Below the pieces are notes generated by a model. That model was not told the DNA's origin, ran no database searches, and saw nothing but the letters and a program-made list of their open reading frames with translations. From Candidatus Latescibacterota bacterium (lineage in GTDB: Bacteria > Latescibacterota > UBA2968): DNA of 64,000 bases. Made by a program: the position numbers and the translations under genes. This document shows positions 9,784-19,938 of the stretch, piece by piece. Where the stretch lies: positions 2,720,001 to 2,784,000 of the forward strand of contig OZ241986.1 of NCBI GenBank assembly GCA_965204375.1. Direction: 5' to 3'. How positions within the stretch are numbered: the stretch's first letter is position 1; every line of letters starts with the position of its first letter.

Positions 9784-10536
9784 ATGAGCGATCTCAGAAC
9801 CATAAAAATCACGGTATTGCGCTATCGCCCCGAAGAAGAGGACGCGCCAACCGAACAGACTTACGAGGTTGAATTTCGCGACGACTGGGTCGTTCTCGAC
9901 GCGCTCAACCACATCAAAGACCACATTGACGGCACGCTATCATTCCGCTGGTCTTGTCGGATGGGCGTATGCGGCAGTTGCGGCATGATGGTCAATGGCG
10001 AACCCAAACTCACCTGTGCCGCGATGTTGCGCGACTATTATCCCAACGAAGTGCTCGTGGAACCTCTGGTCAACTTCCCCATTGTACGCGATCTCGTCAC
10101 CGACATGACCGACTTTATGGACAAACTCAAAGCGGTCAAACCCTGGATCATTCGAGAAGAAGAAAAACCCGTATCCGAAGGGGAACACCTCCAGACGCCG
10201 GATCAGCTCAAAGATTACAAACAATTCAGCCAGTGCATCAACTGCATGCTCTGTTACGCTGCCTGTCCGGTCTATGGCCTCGAACACGACTTCGTCGGTC
10301 CGGCCGCAATTGCCCTGGGCCACCGCTACAACCTCGATTCCCGAGATGAAGGCAATCAGCAGCGTCAACACATCATTGCCAGCAAAGAAGGCATCTGGGA
10401 ATGCACGTATGTCGGTGAATGCTCCGTCGTTTGTCCCAAACACGTCGATCCCGCAGAAGCCATTCAACAAACCAAAGTCGCAACCACAACCAACCGTTTC
10501 AAATCGCTTGTCATGCCCTGGGGAAACAAAACATGA
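9784..10536 (+). CDS. frdB: Fumarate reductase iron-sulfur subunit
   Basis: [22 protein letters not shown] and [12 protein letters not shown]. Confidence 0.95.
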   Translation: MSDLRTIKITVLRYRPEEEDAPTEQTYEVEFRDDWVVLDALNHIKDHIDGTLSFRWSCRMGVCGSCGMMVNGEPKLTCAAMLRDYYPNEVLVEPLVNFPIVRDLVTDMTDFMDKLKAVKPWIIREEEKPVSEGEHLQTPDQLKDYKQFSQCINCMLCYAACPVYGLEHDFVGPAAIALGHRYNLDSRDEGNQQRQHIIASKEGIWECTYVGECSVVCPKHVDPAEAIQQTKVATTTNRFKSLVMPWGNKT

Positions 10537-10967
10537 TGCTCGACTCCGAAACGACCAAAACTTATACGCGCCCCATATCCAAAGCCTGGTGGCTGCGCGA
10601 CCGAGGACATTTTAATTGCAGATATTTCATGTTCTTGCTCCGCGAACTCACAAGCGTATTCGTCGCCCTGTACGTCGCACTTTTTATCTACGAAATTTTT
10701 CTTTTAACAAAAGGGCCAGACGCACACGCAACCTTCCGTGAATCCATGAACTCAGGTCCCTGGATCGCATTTCACGTCATCGCCCTGCTCTTCGCCCTGT
10801 ACCACAGCTGGACCTGGTTGGGGCTAACGACCAAAATGCAGGCCGCTGGACGTGGCCTCGTAAAAATTGGCACAAAGACCCTGCCACCCATTTTTATCGC
10901 ACTGGGGTCTTACGGCGCGTGGATTGTTGCGACAATTATCATCGCCTACCTATTCCTAACTCTATAG
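10533..10967 (+). CDS. frdC: Fumarate reductase membrane anchor C
   Basis: YTRP..WW, RELTSVF and HSWTW with three TM segments. ATGA overlap with frdB. Confidence 0.85.
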   Translation: MMLDSETTKTYTRPISKAWWLRDRGHFNCRYFMFLLRELTSVFVALYVALFIYEIFLLTKGPDAHATFRESMNSGPWIAFHVIALLFALYHSWTWLGLTTKMQAAGRGLVKIGTKTLPPIFIALGSYGAWIVATIIIAYLFLTL

Positions 10968-10982
10968 ACCGAGGATATCGCT

Positions 10983-11345
10983 GTGAATTACAAAGAACAC
11001 AAAAGCGAACCCTTCTGGTGGGGCATGTTCTCGCAAGGCGGTGTTATTGCCGCACTCCTCATACCCATCCACATTTTTTTGGGCGGCATCGCCGTACATT
11101 TGGGACTTATAGACGCCGAACTCATGTCGCATGAACGCCTGACCGGACTGCTCCAAAATCCGATAGTCAAACTCTACCTCTGTGTTCTGCTCATCTTCCC
11201 CCTCTACCACGCGGCTCACCGAATCCGCTTCACCCTCGCCGAAATCGGATTGCACAGCCTCGCCAAAGTCCTGCCCTTTCTCTGTTATGGCGGTGCATTG
11301 GTGGGCACAGCGGTAGTCCTCTACATCTTGTGGATATTGCTCTAA
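10983..11345 (+). CDS. frdD: Fumarate reductase membrane anchor D
   Basis: EPFWWGMFSQGG, HAAHRI and CYG, as in E. coli-type FrdD. Confidence 0.88.
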   Translation: MNYKEHKSEPFWWGMFSQGGVIAALLIPIHIFLGGIAVHLGLIDAELMSHERLTGLLQNPIVKLYLCVLLIFPLYHAAHRIRFTLAEIGLHSLAKVLPFLCYGGALVGTAVVLYILWILL

Positions 11346-11369
11346 GCCCTCTCAACCATAAAAACTAAA

Positions 11370-11403
11370 AAGCTCGGATGAACTTCATCCGAGCTTGTGT
11401 TTT
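11370..11403. terminator. Likely bidirectional terminator between frdD and the SGNH gene
   Basis: Perfect inverted repeat AAGCTCGGATGAA-C-TTCATCCGAGCTT with A- and T-rich flanks. Confidence 0.75.
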
Positions 11404-11421
11404 GTGGCAAAAAATCAATTT

Positions 11422-12495
11422 CTATTTTGTTTTCTTTATCCTTCTAATCTTTCTCACCTTTCTAATGGTCCCGCCTCCCTCATCCCCATCCAGCAGAGGC
11501 TCCAACCTCCCCGCAACGCGCTCTCCCATCTCGATCATCCCGTGATCCCCTGGATGAATCAGATCCACCGTCAATCCACCGATATTGCCCAACGTTTCTG
11601 TCCCCTCAATCAAATGTGCATTCTCATGGGGGCAACCATTCACCGCATCTCGCAATGCCTGCCTGAAAGCCGCCGTCCTTTCGCGTTCTTCGGCATCGCC
11701 ACAAAATTCTCTAAAATGCGGATAAATCGTAATATACCCCACGGGCCGGTCGGGATTCGCACCTGCGACCGCATTTACCATATACGTCACGCGCTCGGAA
11801 AATTCCGACAGAGAAAACCCCGCACCCATCATATTGACCGACAAAGCCAGCGTCGCCACATCCCAATCGTCGCGCGCGGCAATATAATCGGCCAATTCGC
11901 GTTCACAATAAGCCGACCCACCCACGCCCAAATTGATCAAATCCGCTCCCAAACGCCACGCCACCTGGCTCACATAGGTCAAATGCATAGCCGTAGCCGA
12001 CGCGCCGTGTGTAATCGACGTGCCATAGCTCAAATACCGTCGCTTTGGCAACTCATCAACCGTGGGCGGGCGAAGTTCTTCGCCCTCAATACCGTGATAG
12101 TGCAAACTGGTATTTCTCAGGACTAACCGCCATACATCACGCGAAAAAGGCAAATCTCGCACCGCTTCAGATTCAATCGTCCTCAGCCTTGCGGGATAAG
12201 TCAATTTCAGCGTCCTTGGTTCCTTCCCAATTTGAAAACGCTCTTTCCCTTGAAAAGGGCCAAAAAATGGAATCACTTCAGCCGATCCGCCCGGGCTGGA
12301 CAGCGTCACATTGACCGTGTTGCCCGCGCTCACAAAACGGATCTCCGACCCCGCCGGACTCAACATGCGTTCCTGCGCCCCCGCATTCAAACACAACCGC
12401 ACATCTTCGGGCACGCGCTGCACCCGAAGCCCATCTCTCCCTTCAACATCTCGCAATTCAGCTACATTGTGAAATTCGACATTGTCGTGAATCAT
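11422..12495 (-). CDS. SGNH/GDSL hydrolase
   Basis: Motifs YGTSITHG, NLGVGG, SVN and DLIHP. Confidence 0.85.
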   Translation of the reverse strand: MIHDNVEFHNVAELRDVEGRDGLRVQRVPEDVRLCLNAGAQERMLSPAGSEIRFVSAGNTVNVTLSSPGGSAEVIPFFGPFQGKERFQIGKEPRTLKLTYPARLRTIESEAVRDLPFSRDVWRLVLRNTSLHYHGIEGEELRPPTVDELPKRRYLSYGTSITHGASATAMHLTYVSQVAWRLGADLINLGVGGSAYCERELADYIAARDDWDVATLALSVNMMGAGFSLSEFSERVTYMVNAVAGANPDRPVGYITIYPHFREFCGDAEERERTAAFRQALRDAVNGCPHENAHLIEGTETLGNIGGLTVDLIHPGDHGMIEMGERVAGRLEPLLDGDEGGGTIRKVRKIRRIKKTK

Positions 12496-12511
12496 AAAAA
12501 AAACCTCCTGA

Positions 12512-14035
12512 TTACTCTGCCTGGGGGACCAGAACGGCTCCATCGGCTGTTGTGGCCTGGAAAGCAAACGCCCAGCCGCCATGATTGGAGCCCCGGTCGT
12601 TACTGAGCTTGAGCACGATAGAATTGGCGCCTGCCTGAAGCGTCACCGGAATGCTCTGGGCTCGAAAAGCGTAGTGGTGACCCAGATCGAAAACCTCATC
12701 GTTTACGCGCAAAATCAAGGCGTCATCCCAAGCCACGCGCAGGTTTGTCGTCATATCCGCAGGTGCATGTAAGACGCAGCGGGCAAGTGCCGCGCCCACA
12801 TCGGTATTGCCCACACCCGGGCCCCAGGGCCGAAATACGTGGTTAAAATCGACAAATCCGTGGTGGGCGGCGCGTTTGACCCAACGCGCTACGTCCCGTC
12901 CCCGTTGTCGTGAGCCAGCGGTCAACCAGGCCGACTCTTCACCGTGCAAACCATCAAACGTCGCTTCTAACTGAAAGGCCATCTCCGGGGGCAAGGTCGT
13001 TTCCATCGCTTGACCGTTGTGATTGGCGAAAGGGCCGCATAGGCACCATTCGCCGCTGGTCGGCAGCGGCAGATCATGGGTGCCGCGCGGCAGTTCGACA
13101 CCCGGCAGCAGTTGCGACCAATCAGGCACGGCGAAAAACGGTCGCACGGCGTCCTGCTGGTACCAATAGACGGTAGAGCAGATATCGTTGGCCATACAGC
13201 CGAAGCGCATGTGAATCGATTGCTGGAAGGGAAGTGAGTCCTTTTCGAAGAAGCGGTAGCCCACCAACCGTTGCGCCGGACGCGCCTGCCCCACATCGTC
13301 ATGCACATAGTAAGGCATTGCGGCGTAGTGATGGGTTTCGGGCGGATGCAGGGCACCCCCGTAGCCTGCCCCAAAGGTATCCTCGCCCCCAATGCCGCGC
13401 AAAAAGGCCGGATGTTCGCCCTCTCCATCGATGTAGATATTTTCAGCACCGCCGTGGCTCCAGCGATCGACATCATCGAGCAAACGCACGCCGTACACAA
13501 AACCCAACAACTCTCCCGGCCCGTCAGCATCCAGCATCAGAAAATCTTCACCGTAGCGCTGGGTCGGCATTTCTCGCCGCCAGCGGGCGCAGAAACGTCG
13601 CCGTTCGCTCAGCGTCTGATTGGGGTAGCGGTGCCAATCCACCTGCAGGTAGGCGCGATTATCTTCAGGCCCGGCTTCAAACTCAACCCGTGCGGATCGG
13701 GCGAAGGGCATCTGGAAGTAGCTGTTGTAGCCAATCCAGGCCTTGACCGAGAGGAAGTGGGTGTCTATCGGATACCAGCCCTGGCCGTGCATGACCCCAA
13801 AAAAGTCACCGACAGGCGCCTCAACATAGGGGATCGGCTCATCATCAAAATAGATGCGAATAAGCACTTTGCGGCTGGTCATGGGTATGCGCTCTGGCCG
13901 CGACAGTACGACCCAAAGGTGCTGAATACAGCCTGGCCCATCGAGTTCGGCATAGACGGCTTTTTGGTTTGCCAGCAAAGGTCCGGTCATACTGACGCGG
14001 TCGGGGATACCAACTTCGGGGAGCTGTAAATCCAT
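12512..14035 (-). CDS. DUF2961 (GH172-like) protein with C-terminal extra domain
   Basis: Motifs GPGCIQHLW, EAPVGDFFG, YFQMPFA, GGEDTFG, YRFFEKD and STVYWYQ. Confidence 0.8.
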   Translation of the reverse strand: MDLQLPEVGIPDRVSMTGPLLANQKAVYAELDGPGCIQHLWVVLSRPERIPMTSRKVLIRIYFDDEPIPYVEAPVGDFFGVMHGQGWYPIDTHFLSVKAWIGYNSYFQMPFARSARVEFEAGPEDNRAYLQVDWHRYPNQTLSERRRFCARWRREMPTQRYGEDFLMLDADGPGELLGFVYGVRLLDDVDRWSHGGAENIYIDGEGEHPAFLRGIGGEDTFGAGYGGALHPPETHHYAAMPYYVHDDVGQARPAQRLVGYRFFEKDSLPFQQSIHMRFGCMANDICSTVYWYQQDAVRPFFAVPDWSQLLPGVELPRGTHDLPLPTSGEWCLCGPFANHNGQAMETTLPPEMAFQLEATFDGLHGEESAWLTAGSRQRGRDVARWVKRAAHHGFVDFNHVFRPWGPGVGNTDVGAALARCVLHAPADMTTNLRVAWDDALILRVNDEVFDLGHHYAFRAQSIPVTLQAGANSIVLKLSNDRGSNHGGWAFAFQATTADGAVLVPQAE

Positions 14036-14141
14036 AGCAGACTCCATTCTACGAATCAACGGAACGGTGTACAACTGGCCGATTCTTAGGCCAGTTCATC
14101 TACGAACCCCGCCCATCCTCCCAAAATCAGTATGTATCGCC

Positions 14142-14183
14142 ATTCGTCTATTCGTCTATTCGTCTATTCGTCTATTCGTCTAT
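14142..14183. repeat. 8-bp tandem repeat (ATTCGTCT)x5
   Basis: Five perfect copies at 14142-14181, overlapping the heparinase stop codon. Confidence 0.9.
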
Positions 14184-16135
14184 GCCACCCATGCCTCACC
14201 TGAAGATAGATCGCGACCAAGCGACCATGTTTTCTCAAAAGCCTCAACAGTCAATTCAACGCGGTCATCTCCAGCGCGAAATACATCGGACAATTCGGCT
14301 GCAATGCCGGGAACATCTGTCCCGCGATAGGGTACAACCACAGTCAAAAACGCCGTGGGTGCCTGCTCGTTCAGCGCAAAACGAAATGCTTTGCGCGGCA
14401 TGCGAGAACCATAAGTCCATGCAAACCAGCCCTCTTCCTCTGCCATACACGTCTCGCAATTTGTCGCAGCCTGAACCAGCACATTAGCATCGTCAAATTG
14501 CGTAAAAGCGCGCTTTTCCGCCTCGTCAAACACCACATCGCCCGGCGCAAATTGGAAATGCAAATCCAGTTGGCCGGGAACATCGCCAATCGCCTCGTCC
14601 AAAAACGCGAAAAACTGCCGATTGACAAACCACACCGAACGGCGGTGAACCAATCCTGGATACGACCCATTCTCCACCACCAGCACATCGCTATCAACTC
14701 CTTCTGACACCCACAATAAATGCCGCCCATCATCGGACGTATCACCGCTATCCAACGTCAAAGTCTGATGCACTGTCGTCTGCCGATGCCACGCGCGGCC
14801 TTCTGCATCGTGACCATAAGTGTAAAAACCCGTATCAGGCATCAACCAGCGCCCATAAGCGTACAATTCAAACGTCCCATTATCCGGTTGATCGTGGCTC
14901 GAAATAGCGGGCGGCGAACAATGCAGCACCATGTGAATCTGATCGGGTCCCCAATCATCGCGCATCACATACAAACCGGCCTCTTGAAATGCACGGCTCT
15001 TTTGCCCGGGCAAAAATTCGCGATCCAGAGTCGCCCGCGCAGCGTATTTGGGATCACCCAGCAATTCTGTAGCCTCGACAAGTGCGTCATAAAGTCCCCA
15101 CTTTGAGCGATCATCCGTCTCCTTTAACGCACGCGACCCATCCCCAAACATCGGCGCACCCAAATCGGGCGACGCAATCCAGAAAATATAGTCGTGCATC
15201 AACCGCACGCGCTCTCGAAACGCCTCTGAAATCTCAATGCCAAAAGTATCCATGCGACCAAAAATTTCCACAGCATCCCGCAACACCCCCGTATGATACC
15301 CAAAAGACCACTCTCGCTGAACGCCATCGGTTGTTGTCTGCGCCAGAAAATTCTCTTCGACCCGTTCCAATGCCAATTCCATCCATTCACGCGATTCCAC
15401 AAACTCCCGGAAAGTATAGGCAATATTGATAAACCCCCGCTGTTCAAACACGGCCTTATTGTGAATCAACCCCATCGGAATCAGCTTTGTCTTAACCTGA
15501 TGATCGTACAGACTCGCCAGCAACAGACCGAGAAACTCGGGCGTAAATGCCTCGGCATGAACCAAACTGCGAAATGCCGAACAGATATTCGTCGCTCGAA
15601 TACCCGTCTGAATATCCAGCCAGACAAACCCCTTCCAGTACGTATAAACAGAATGGGTTTTGGTGTGATTTTCCAGCGGATGTTTTGAAATCCAATCGGT
15701 CGTCATCTCCACAAATGTTCGGGCGTATTTTTCGTCGCGCGTCGCAGCATAAGCCTGTGCGAGCGGTGCAGCCCAATAAAAACGGTACACAGCCGCAACC
15801 CATTCAATATCGCCGCGGGGATCCCATTCCCAGTCAAAATCATCGCCATAACGCGCCTCGTCATAAGGTCCCCACTGAATAATGCGCTGGCATATCTTGT
15901 CGGCTGTCTCAAAATCGCCTTCCCCAGACGCCTCACCTATTGGATATTTCGCCCGATAATAATCGCGCAGCGCTGCAAGTGCGCCACTTCGATCTCCAAC
16001 ATCCGCAGCCCGTTTTGCCCCCTCCAAACCCGTCAGATCTAATTTTTCCAAAATTCGTCCAGGATCAAACGACTCCAGAGACATCTCGTGATCAATTTGA
16101 TCCGCCCCCTTGGGGTACTCCACTACTGAACTCAT
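14180..16135 (-). CDS. Heparinase II/III-like polysaccharide lyase (PL12-like)
   Basis: DGVQREWSFGYH, PMFGD and HDQPDNGTFEL..GRWLMPDTGFYTY. No signal peptide evident. Confidence 0.85.
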   Translation of the reverse strand: MSSVVEYPKGADQIDHEMSLESFDPGRILEKLDLTGLEGAKRAADVGDRSGALAALRDYYRAKYPIGEASGEGDFETADKICQRIIQWGPYDEARYGDDFDWEWDPRGDIEWVAAVYRFYWAAPLAQAYAATRDEKYARTFVEMTTDWISKHPLENHTKTHSVYTYWKGFVWLDIQTGIRATNICSAFRSLVHAEAFTPEFLGLLLASLYDHQVKTKLIPMGLIHNKAVFEQRGFINIAYTFREFVESREWMELALERVEENFLAQTTTDGVQREWSFGYHTGVLRDAVEIFGRMDTFGIEISEAFRERVRLMHDYIFWIASPDLGAPMFGDGSRALKETDDRSKWGLYDALVEATELLGDPKYAARATLDREFLPGQKSRAFQEAGLYVMRDDWGPDQIHMVLHCSPPAISSHDQPDNGTFELYAYGRWLMPDTGFYTYGHDAEGRAWHRQTTVHQTLTLDSGDTSDDGRHLLWVSEGVDSDVLVVENGSYPGLVHRRSVWFVNRQFFAFLDEAIGDVPGQLDLHFQFAPGDVVFDEAEKRAFTQFDDANVLVQAATNCETCMAEEEGWFAWTYGSRMPRKAFRFALNEQAPTAFLTVVVPYRGTDVPGIAAELSDVFRAGDDRVELTVEAFEKTWSLGRDLSSGEAWVA

Positions 16136-16522
16136 AGCCATGCCTCCCAATTTCTTCACATTGTGATAACCTTGTACCACTCAATAAAATCTATAAGCCC
16201 TATCTCTATGGGATTGCAAAATTGCAGCCCACATCTTGAGATTTAAAGACCGATCTTCCGCACCTGTCCTCCCGCGATTGCCCACAATATAGTCCAGAGC
16301 CAAAAGGGTGTCAACGAACCCTCTGATGTACATATCTTTCACTTTCCTTCCCACTCACCGCTCAAAATTTACACTCTTTCCTCCTTTAATCCATCGGCTG
16401 TCAACTGGCAATCGCCAAATCGAGTTGTAAATCACATGAAATACGGCGTATCGAGGGTATAATAAGGCACTTTTCGCATCTATACGGGCTATTTATCGCC
16501 AATTCTCGCATCACCGCGTTTT

Positions 16523-16539
16523 CTGGCATAAAATTTGCG
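16523..16539 (+). promoter_or_regulatory. Sigma54 (-24/-12) promoter
   Basis: CTGGCATAAAATTTGCG matches GG-N10-GC, ~60 bp before the 16600 ATG. Confidence 0.65.
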
Positions 16540-16599
16540 AGTCCCAATGGTGTGTTCCAAATCTCGTTTTGTTATACTTTTCGAAAGGAGCTATGATAA

Positions 16600-17139
16600 A
16601 TGGCAAACAAAGCGGAAGCAGAAAGAGTATCTATTTGGAGTATTGGAGACGCGGAAAGAACATTGTTTGTGGGCATGGCCTTCGCGTTCTTTGTATTTGG
16701 GTTGGCGTTTGTGCTTTGGTATATTATCAAAGATGGCAGTGTGGATCAGGCAATTTTTGACGGGATAAAAATAGTTGGTCCTGTGGGTCTTTCCGCCGTT
16801 ACTTTAACATTTTTTTTAATAGAAGGGTGGCATCTTATGATTATTCCAGTAGAGAAATACCGCGAAAAATACCGCGAAAAATACCGCGAAAAATACCGTA
16901 AAGAGCGGTTTGAAGAAGGGCGAAAAGAAGGACGAAAAGAAGGTATTGCGCAGGGAATTAAAGAACGTGCTATTGAAGATATCCTCGAAGTATTGGAGAT
17001 TCGCTTTGCGTGCGCTCCATCGCATCCCATAGCGGACCGCCTTGCCGCTATGGACGATGTGCAACGCCTCAAGCAGTTGCTCCGCACAGCGATACAGGTA
17101 TCTGACCTTGAGAAATTTCAACAAGCATTGGACACCTGA
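16600..17139 (+). CDS. Membrane-anchored protein with Rpn/DUF4351-like C-terminal helical domain
   Basis: Two TM segments, then (REKY)n and EEGRKEGRKEGIAQG..ILEVLEIRF. RBS AAGGAG. Confidence 0.7.
   Translation: MANKAEAERVSIWSIGDAERTLFVGMAFAFFVFGLAFVLWYIIKDGSVDQAIFDGIKIVGPVGLSAVTLTFFLIEGWHLMIIPVEKYREKYREKYREKYRKERFEEGRKEGRKEGIAQGIKERAIEDILEVLEIRFACAPSHPIADRLAAMDDVQRLKQLLRTAIQVSDLEKFQQALDT
16855..16898 (+). repeat. In-frame 12-bp tandem repeat (AAATACCGCGAA) x3.7
   Basis: Read directly. Encodes KYRE repeats. Confidence 0.9.
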
Positions 17140-17209
17140 TGCGATGATAAATGGAGCGGCGAAGAGGTACGCAATCCTCCAGTTGTAGTATCCTGAGCAA
17201 AATTTTGCA

Positions 17210-19339
17210 TCAACTTTTAATTTTTAACGCGACCACCACACTCTGAAGGGGTTGCAATTTCATCGACACACCTTCATCCGTCAACGCGATACCGGGGTCA
17301 GAATCCGAACCATCAAAAAATTCATAGGTATCGTACACCGGAACCCGATCTATACGCAATAGCAAAACATCTGGCAAGAGATGAATTGGACAAACAACTT
17401 CCCTGACAAAACGCGCATCCAGATTGTGCGCCACCAGCAATCCCGAATGCCGGGTATAGCGCGTATAGGCAAAAACGCGGTCTTCAGAGTCGGTATTGCG
17501 GTGAAAATAAACATGCCCGGTTTGTAACTCAGACTGCTGGCTCACAAATTTGTGCAACGCCTCATAAGCGGCAACAAGCTGTGAATGTGGTTCTCGCTCT
17601 GCCCACTCGGGATGCAACAATGCAGACGATTCAAAATCAGTACGCGCCTCCTCGCCCCATTCTGAACCCCACTCCAAAGCATAGGCTAAATTCACATAAT
17701 GTGCCGTACCCGCCGTCGCATTGATCAGCGAACACTGGATATTGCGCAACAGTGCCATTGCCCGGGATTGATAGCGATCTCGCCAAATTTTTGTCGCGCG
17801 CAGGCTATCGTGATTCTCAAAATAGGCCATTGCCACAGTGCGGGGGGCAAATGTGCCAGAAGTGTGTTCTAAAAAATCGGCATACTGATTTCCGTACTCG
17901 GCATCCCGATGAAAATCCACCAACAATGCGTAAATCATATCCACTGGAATATCCACTGCCTCACCTAACTCGCACAGAGTTTCGCCCAAAACGAGCGCAT
18001 CGGGTTTAACTGCATTGATGCGATTTTTAATCTGCTTCAAAAATGGCCGATCCACCGTTTGGCTCGCATCAATACGCACCCCATCCAGATCACAGGTACG
18101 CATCCAAAAAGGCGCGATTCCCGACAGATAATTTTGCAAGGGCCTGTTAAAAGACAAGTCGAGCAACGCCACATCCGAATAAACCAGCCATGCAATCTGA
18201 TGAATTTTGGGCTGCCCGTGCTCATCCATCACATACCAGTCGGGATATTGTTCAATCAACGGACAATCGCGGCTGGTCTGCATCAACACCAGATCGAAAA
18301 TCACCTGCTTACCCAGCGCGTGTGCCCGCCGCGTTAGCGCGCGCAATTCCGCACGCCCAATCAACTGTATCAGCGTATCGCGCCCGACCCAATCAACCAA
18401 TTCTTTGAATGTGCGAAAATTGTTAAAATCATCGACCTTACGCAACCTCGACAACTGTCGCTCGTGCAATAAAGTCTGCAAATCCAAATCGACAATCAGC
18501 CCATCCGACACCAGCGAAAGAAAATCTACTTCTTCTGGCGGCGTGACCAGATCGGGATCAATCCGATAAAAATCCCTCACGGCATAAACACTCCCCAACA
18601 CGCCTTTGCGCACATCCTGTCCCGTGTGTAAATCTCCAAATCCGGGTTCAAAAAACGGGAGCAAATACACCACATCTGTCCGCATCTCCTCAATCCGCGA
18701 TGTCACATCGCAAAATGTACCACTCACAAATTGCCCATCTTCATCCAGACGCGCGCCAACTTTTCGCACACAGACTTCGGTAATTGAAAGACAGCGGCGA
18801 ACCCGATCGGGGCTGATCGCGATTACCCCATCTCGATTCAGTGCAATATCATTAACCGAAATCCAGGCCTTTGAAGCATCTGACAGCGCCTTATCATCAG
18901 CCGAAAACTCGACCGTATAGTGAAAAACACCCGTCTGATTGATCTGTATCACATCCGATTCGAAAACCAGATTATTCCCCGCAAGAACGGGTTGCCCCAC
19001 CCCATCCACAATCATACGCATAGAAACATAAAAACCTGCACCCGTGCGAAACTCACCCCGCTCATCTACAAAGCCGCGATCATTCACATCGGTCCACACA
19101 CGCGCTTCTACATCGCCCGTGCGACAGGTAGCCAAATCGATATCCGCAACAAATAACTCAGCTCGAACACGCGCTTCTACCGCACTATCAGGCATCAAAA
19201 ATGCCCGAGCCATCACGGTATCATATCGAATACCATCCAACTCAACCGTCAGATTACCAGCCCAGACATCTGCGTTGTCATACGCCTGCACAGCATATCG
19301 CTCGTGCAATTTGTATTTAAATTCCAAACGCTTATCCAC
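17210..19339 (-). CDS. GH13 alpha-amylase-family glycosyl hydrolase
   Basis: YLLPFF, GSVYAVRDF and catalytic motifs DGVRIDAS, LGETL and YFENHD. Confidence 0.8.
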   Translation of the reverse strand: MDKRLEFKYKLHERYAVQAYDNADVWAGNLTVELDGIRYDTVMARAFLMPDSAVEARVRAELFVADIDLATCRTGDVEARVWTDVNDRGFVDERGEFRTGAGFYVSMRMIVDGVGQPVLAGNNLVFESDVIQINQTGVFHYTVEFSADDKALSDASKAWISVNDIALNRDGVIAISPDRVRRCLSITEVCVRKVGARLDEDGQFVSGTFCDVTSRIEEMRTDVVYLLPFFEPGFGDLHTGQDVRKGVLGSVYAVRDFYRIDPDLVTPPEEVDFLSLVSDGLIVDLDLQTLLHERQLSRLRKVDDFNNFRTFKELVDWVGRDTLIQLIGRAELRALTRRAHALGKQVIFDLVLMQTSRDCPLIEQYPDWYVMDEHGQPKIHQIAWLVYSDVALLDLSFNRPLQNYLSGIAPFWMRTCDLDGVRIDASQTVDRPFLKQIKNRINAVKPDALVLGETLCELGEAVDIPVDMIYALLVDFHRDAEYGNQYADFLEHTSGTFAPRTVAMAYFENHDSLRATKIWRDRYQSRAMALLRNIQCSLINATAGTAHYVNLAYALEWGSEWGEEARTDFESSALLHPEWAEREPHSQLVAAYEALHKFVSQQSELQTGHVYFHRNTDSEDRVFAYTRYTRHSGLLVAHNLDARFVREVVCPIHLLPDVLLLRIDRVPVYDTYEFFDGSDSDPGIALTDEGVSMKLQPLQSVVVALKIKS

Positions 19340-19573
19340 ATGCTCTCCCTGTAAAACAACCGCACTTTCATACCCTGGACAATATATGAAAGTTTGTTAG
19401 GAAAATCTCAATAAACTGGGGACTGATAGCCTGGCGGTAGGGCTGGGTGGTTTCTCACTTCACACTTCTTTTGTAATACGCATTTAACAGATAAGAAACG
19501 GTAAAGAAATATACGTCTAATATATTCAACCGTCAGTTTACGCCACCCCAACTATCTCAGGGAGGAATACAGT

Positions 19574-19912
19574 ATGAAACTCATCACAGCAGTCATCCAG
19601 CCCCACAAGCTGGACGATGTGCGCGCAGCACTCGGCGACATCGGCATCCAGGGCATGACCGTTACTGAAGCACGCGGCTTTGGACGCCAAAGAGGACACC
19701 GAGAAGTCTATCGCGGTGCCGAATACATCGTCGATTTTCTACCCAAAGTCAAGCTGGAGATCGCCATCAATGACGATGAAGTTGACCGCGCTATTGATGC
19801 GATAGAGAACGCTGCCAAAACGGGCAATGTAGGCGATGGAAAGATATTCGTTGCGGATTTGGGACAAGCTGTTCGCATTCGAACGGGCGAAACCGGGCCC
19901 GATGCACTGTAA
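19574..19912 (+). CDS. glnK: PII nitrogen regulatory protein (copy 1)
   Basis: GFGRQRG, YRGAEY (Tyr51), GDGKIF and RIRTGE; upstream of amtB. Confidence 0.96.
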   Translation: MKLITAVIQPHKLDDVRAALGDIGIQGMTVTEARGFGRQRGHREVYRGAEYIVDFLPKVKLEIAINDDEVDRAIDAIENAAKTGNVGDGKIFVADLGQAVRIRTGETGPDAL

Positions 19913-19938
19913 CACAATACATATCTCAGGAGAATACA

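Noticed and set aside
19400-19573. Sigma54/NtrC-type promoter or riboswitch before glnK1
   Set aside because: No convincing -24/-12 consensus, and only short scattered complementarities.
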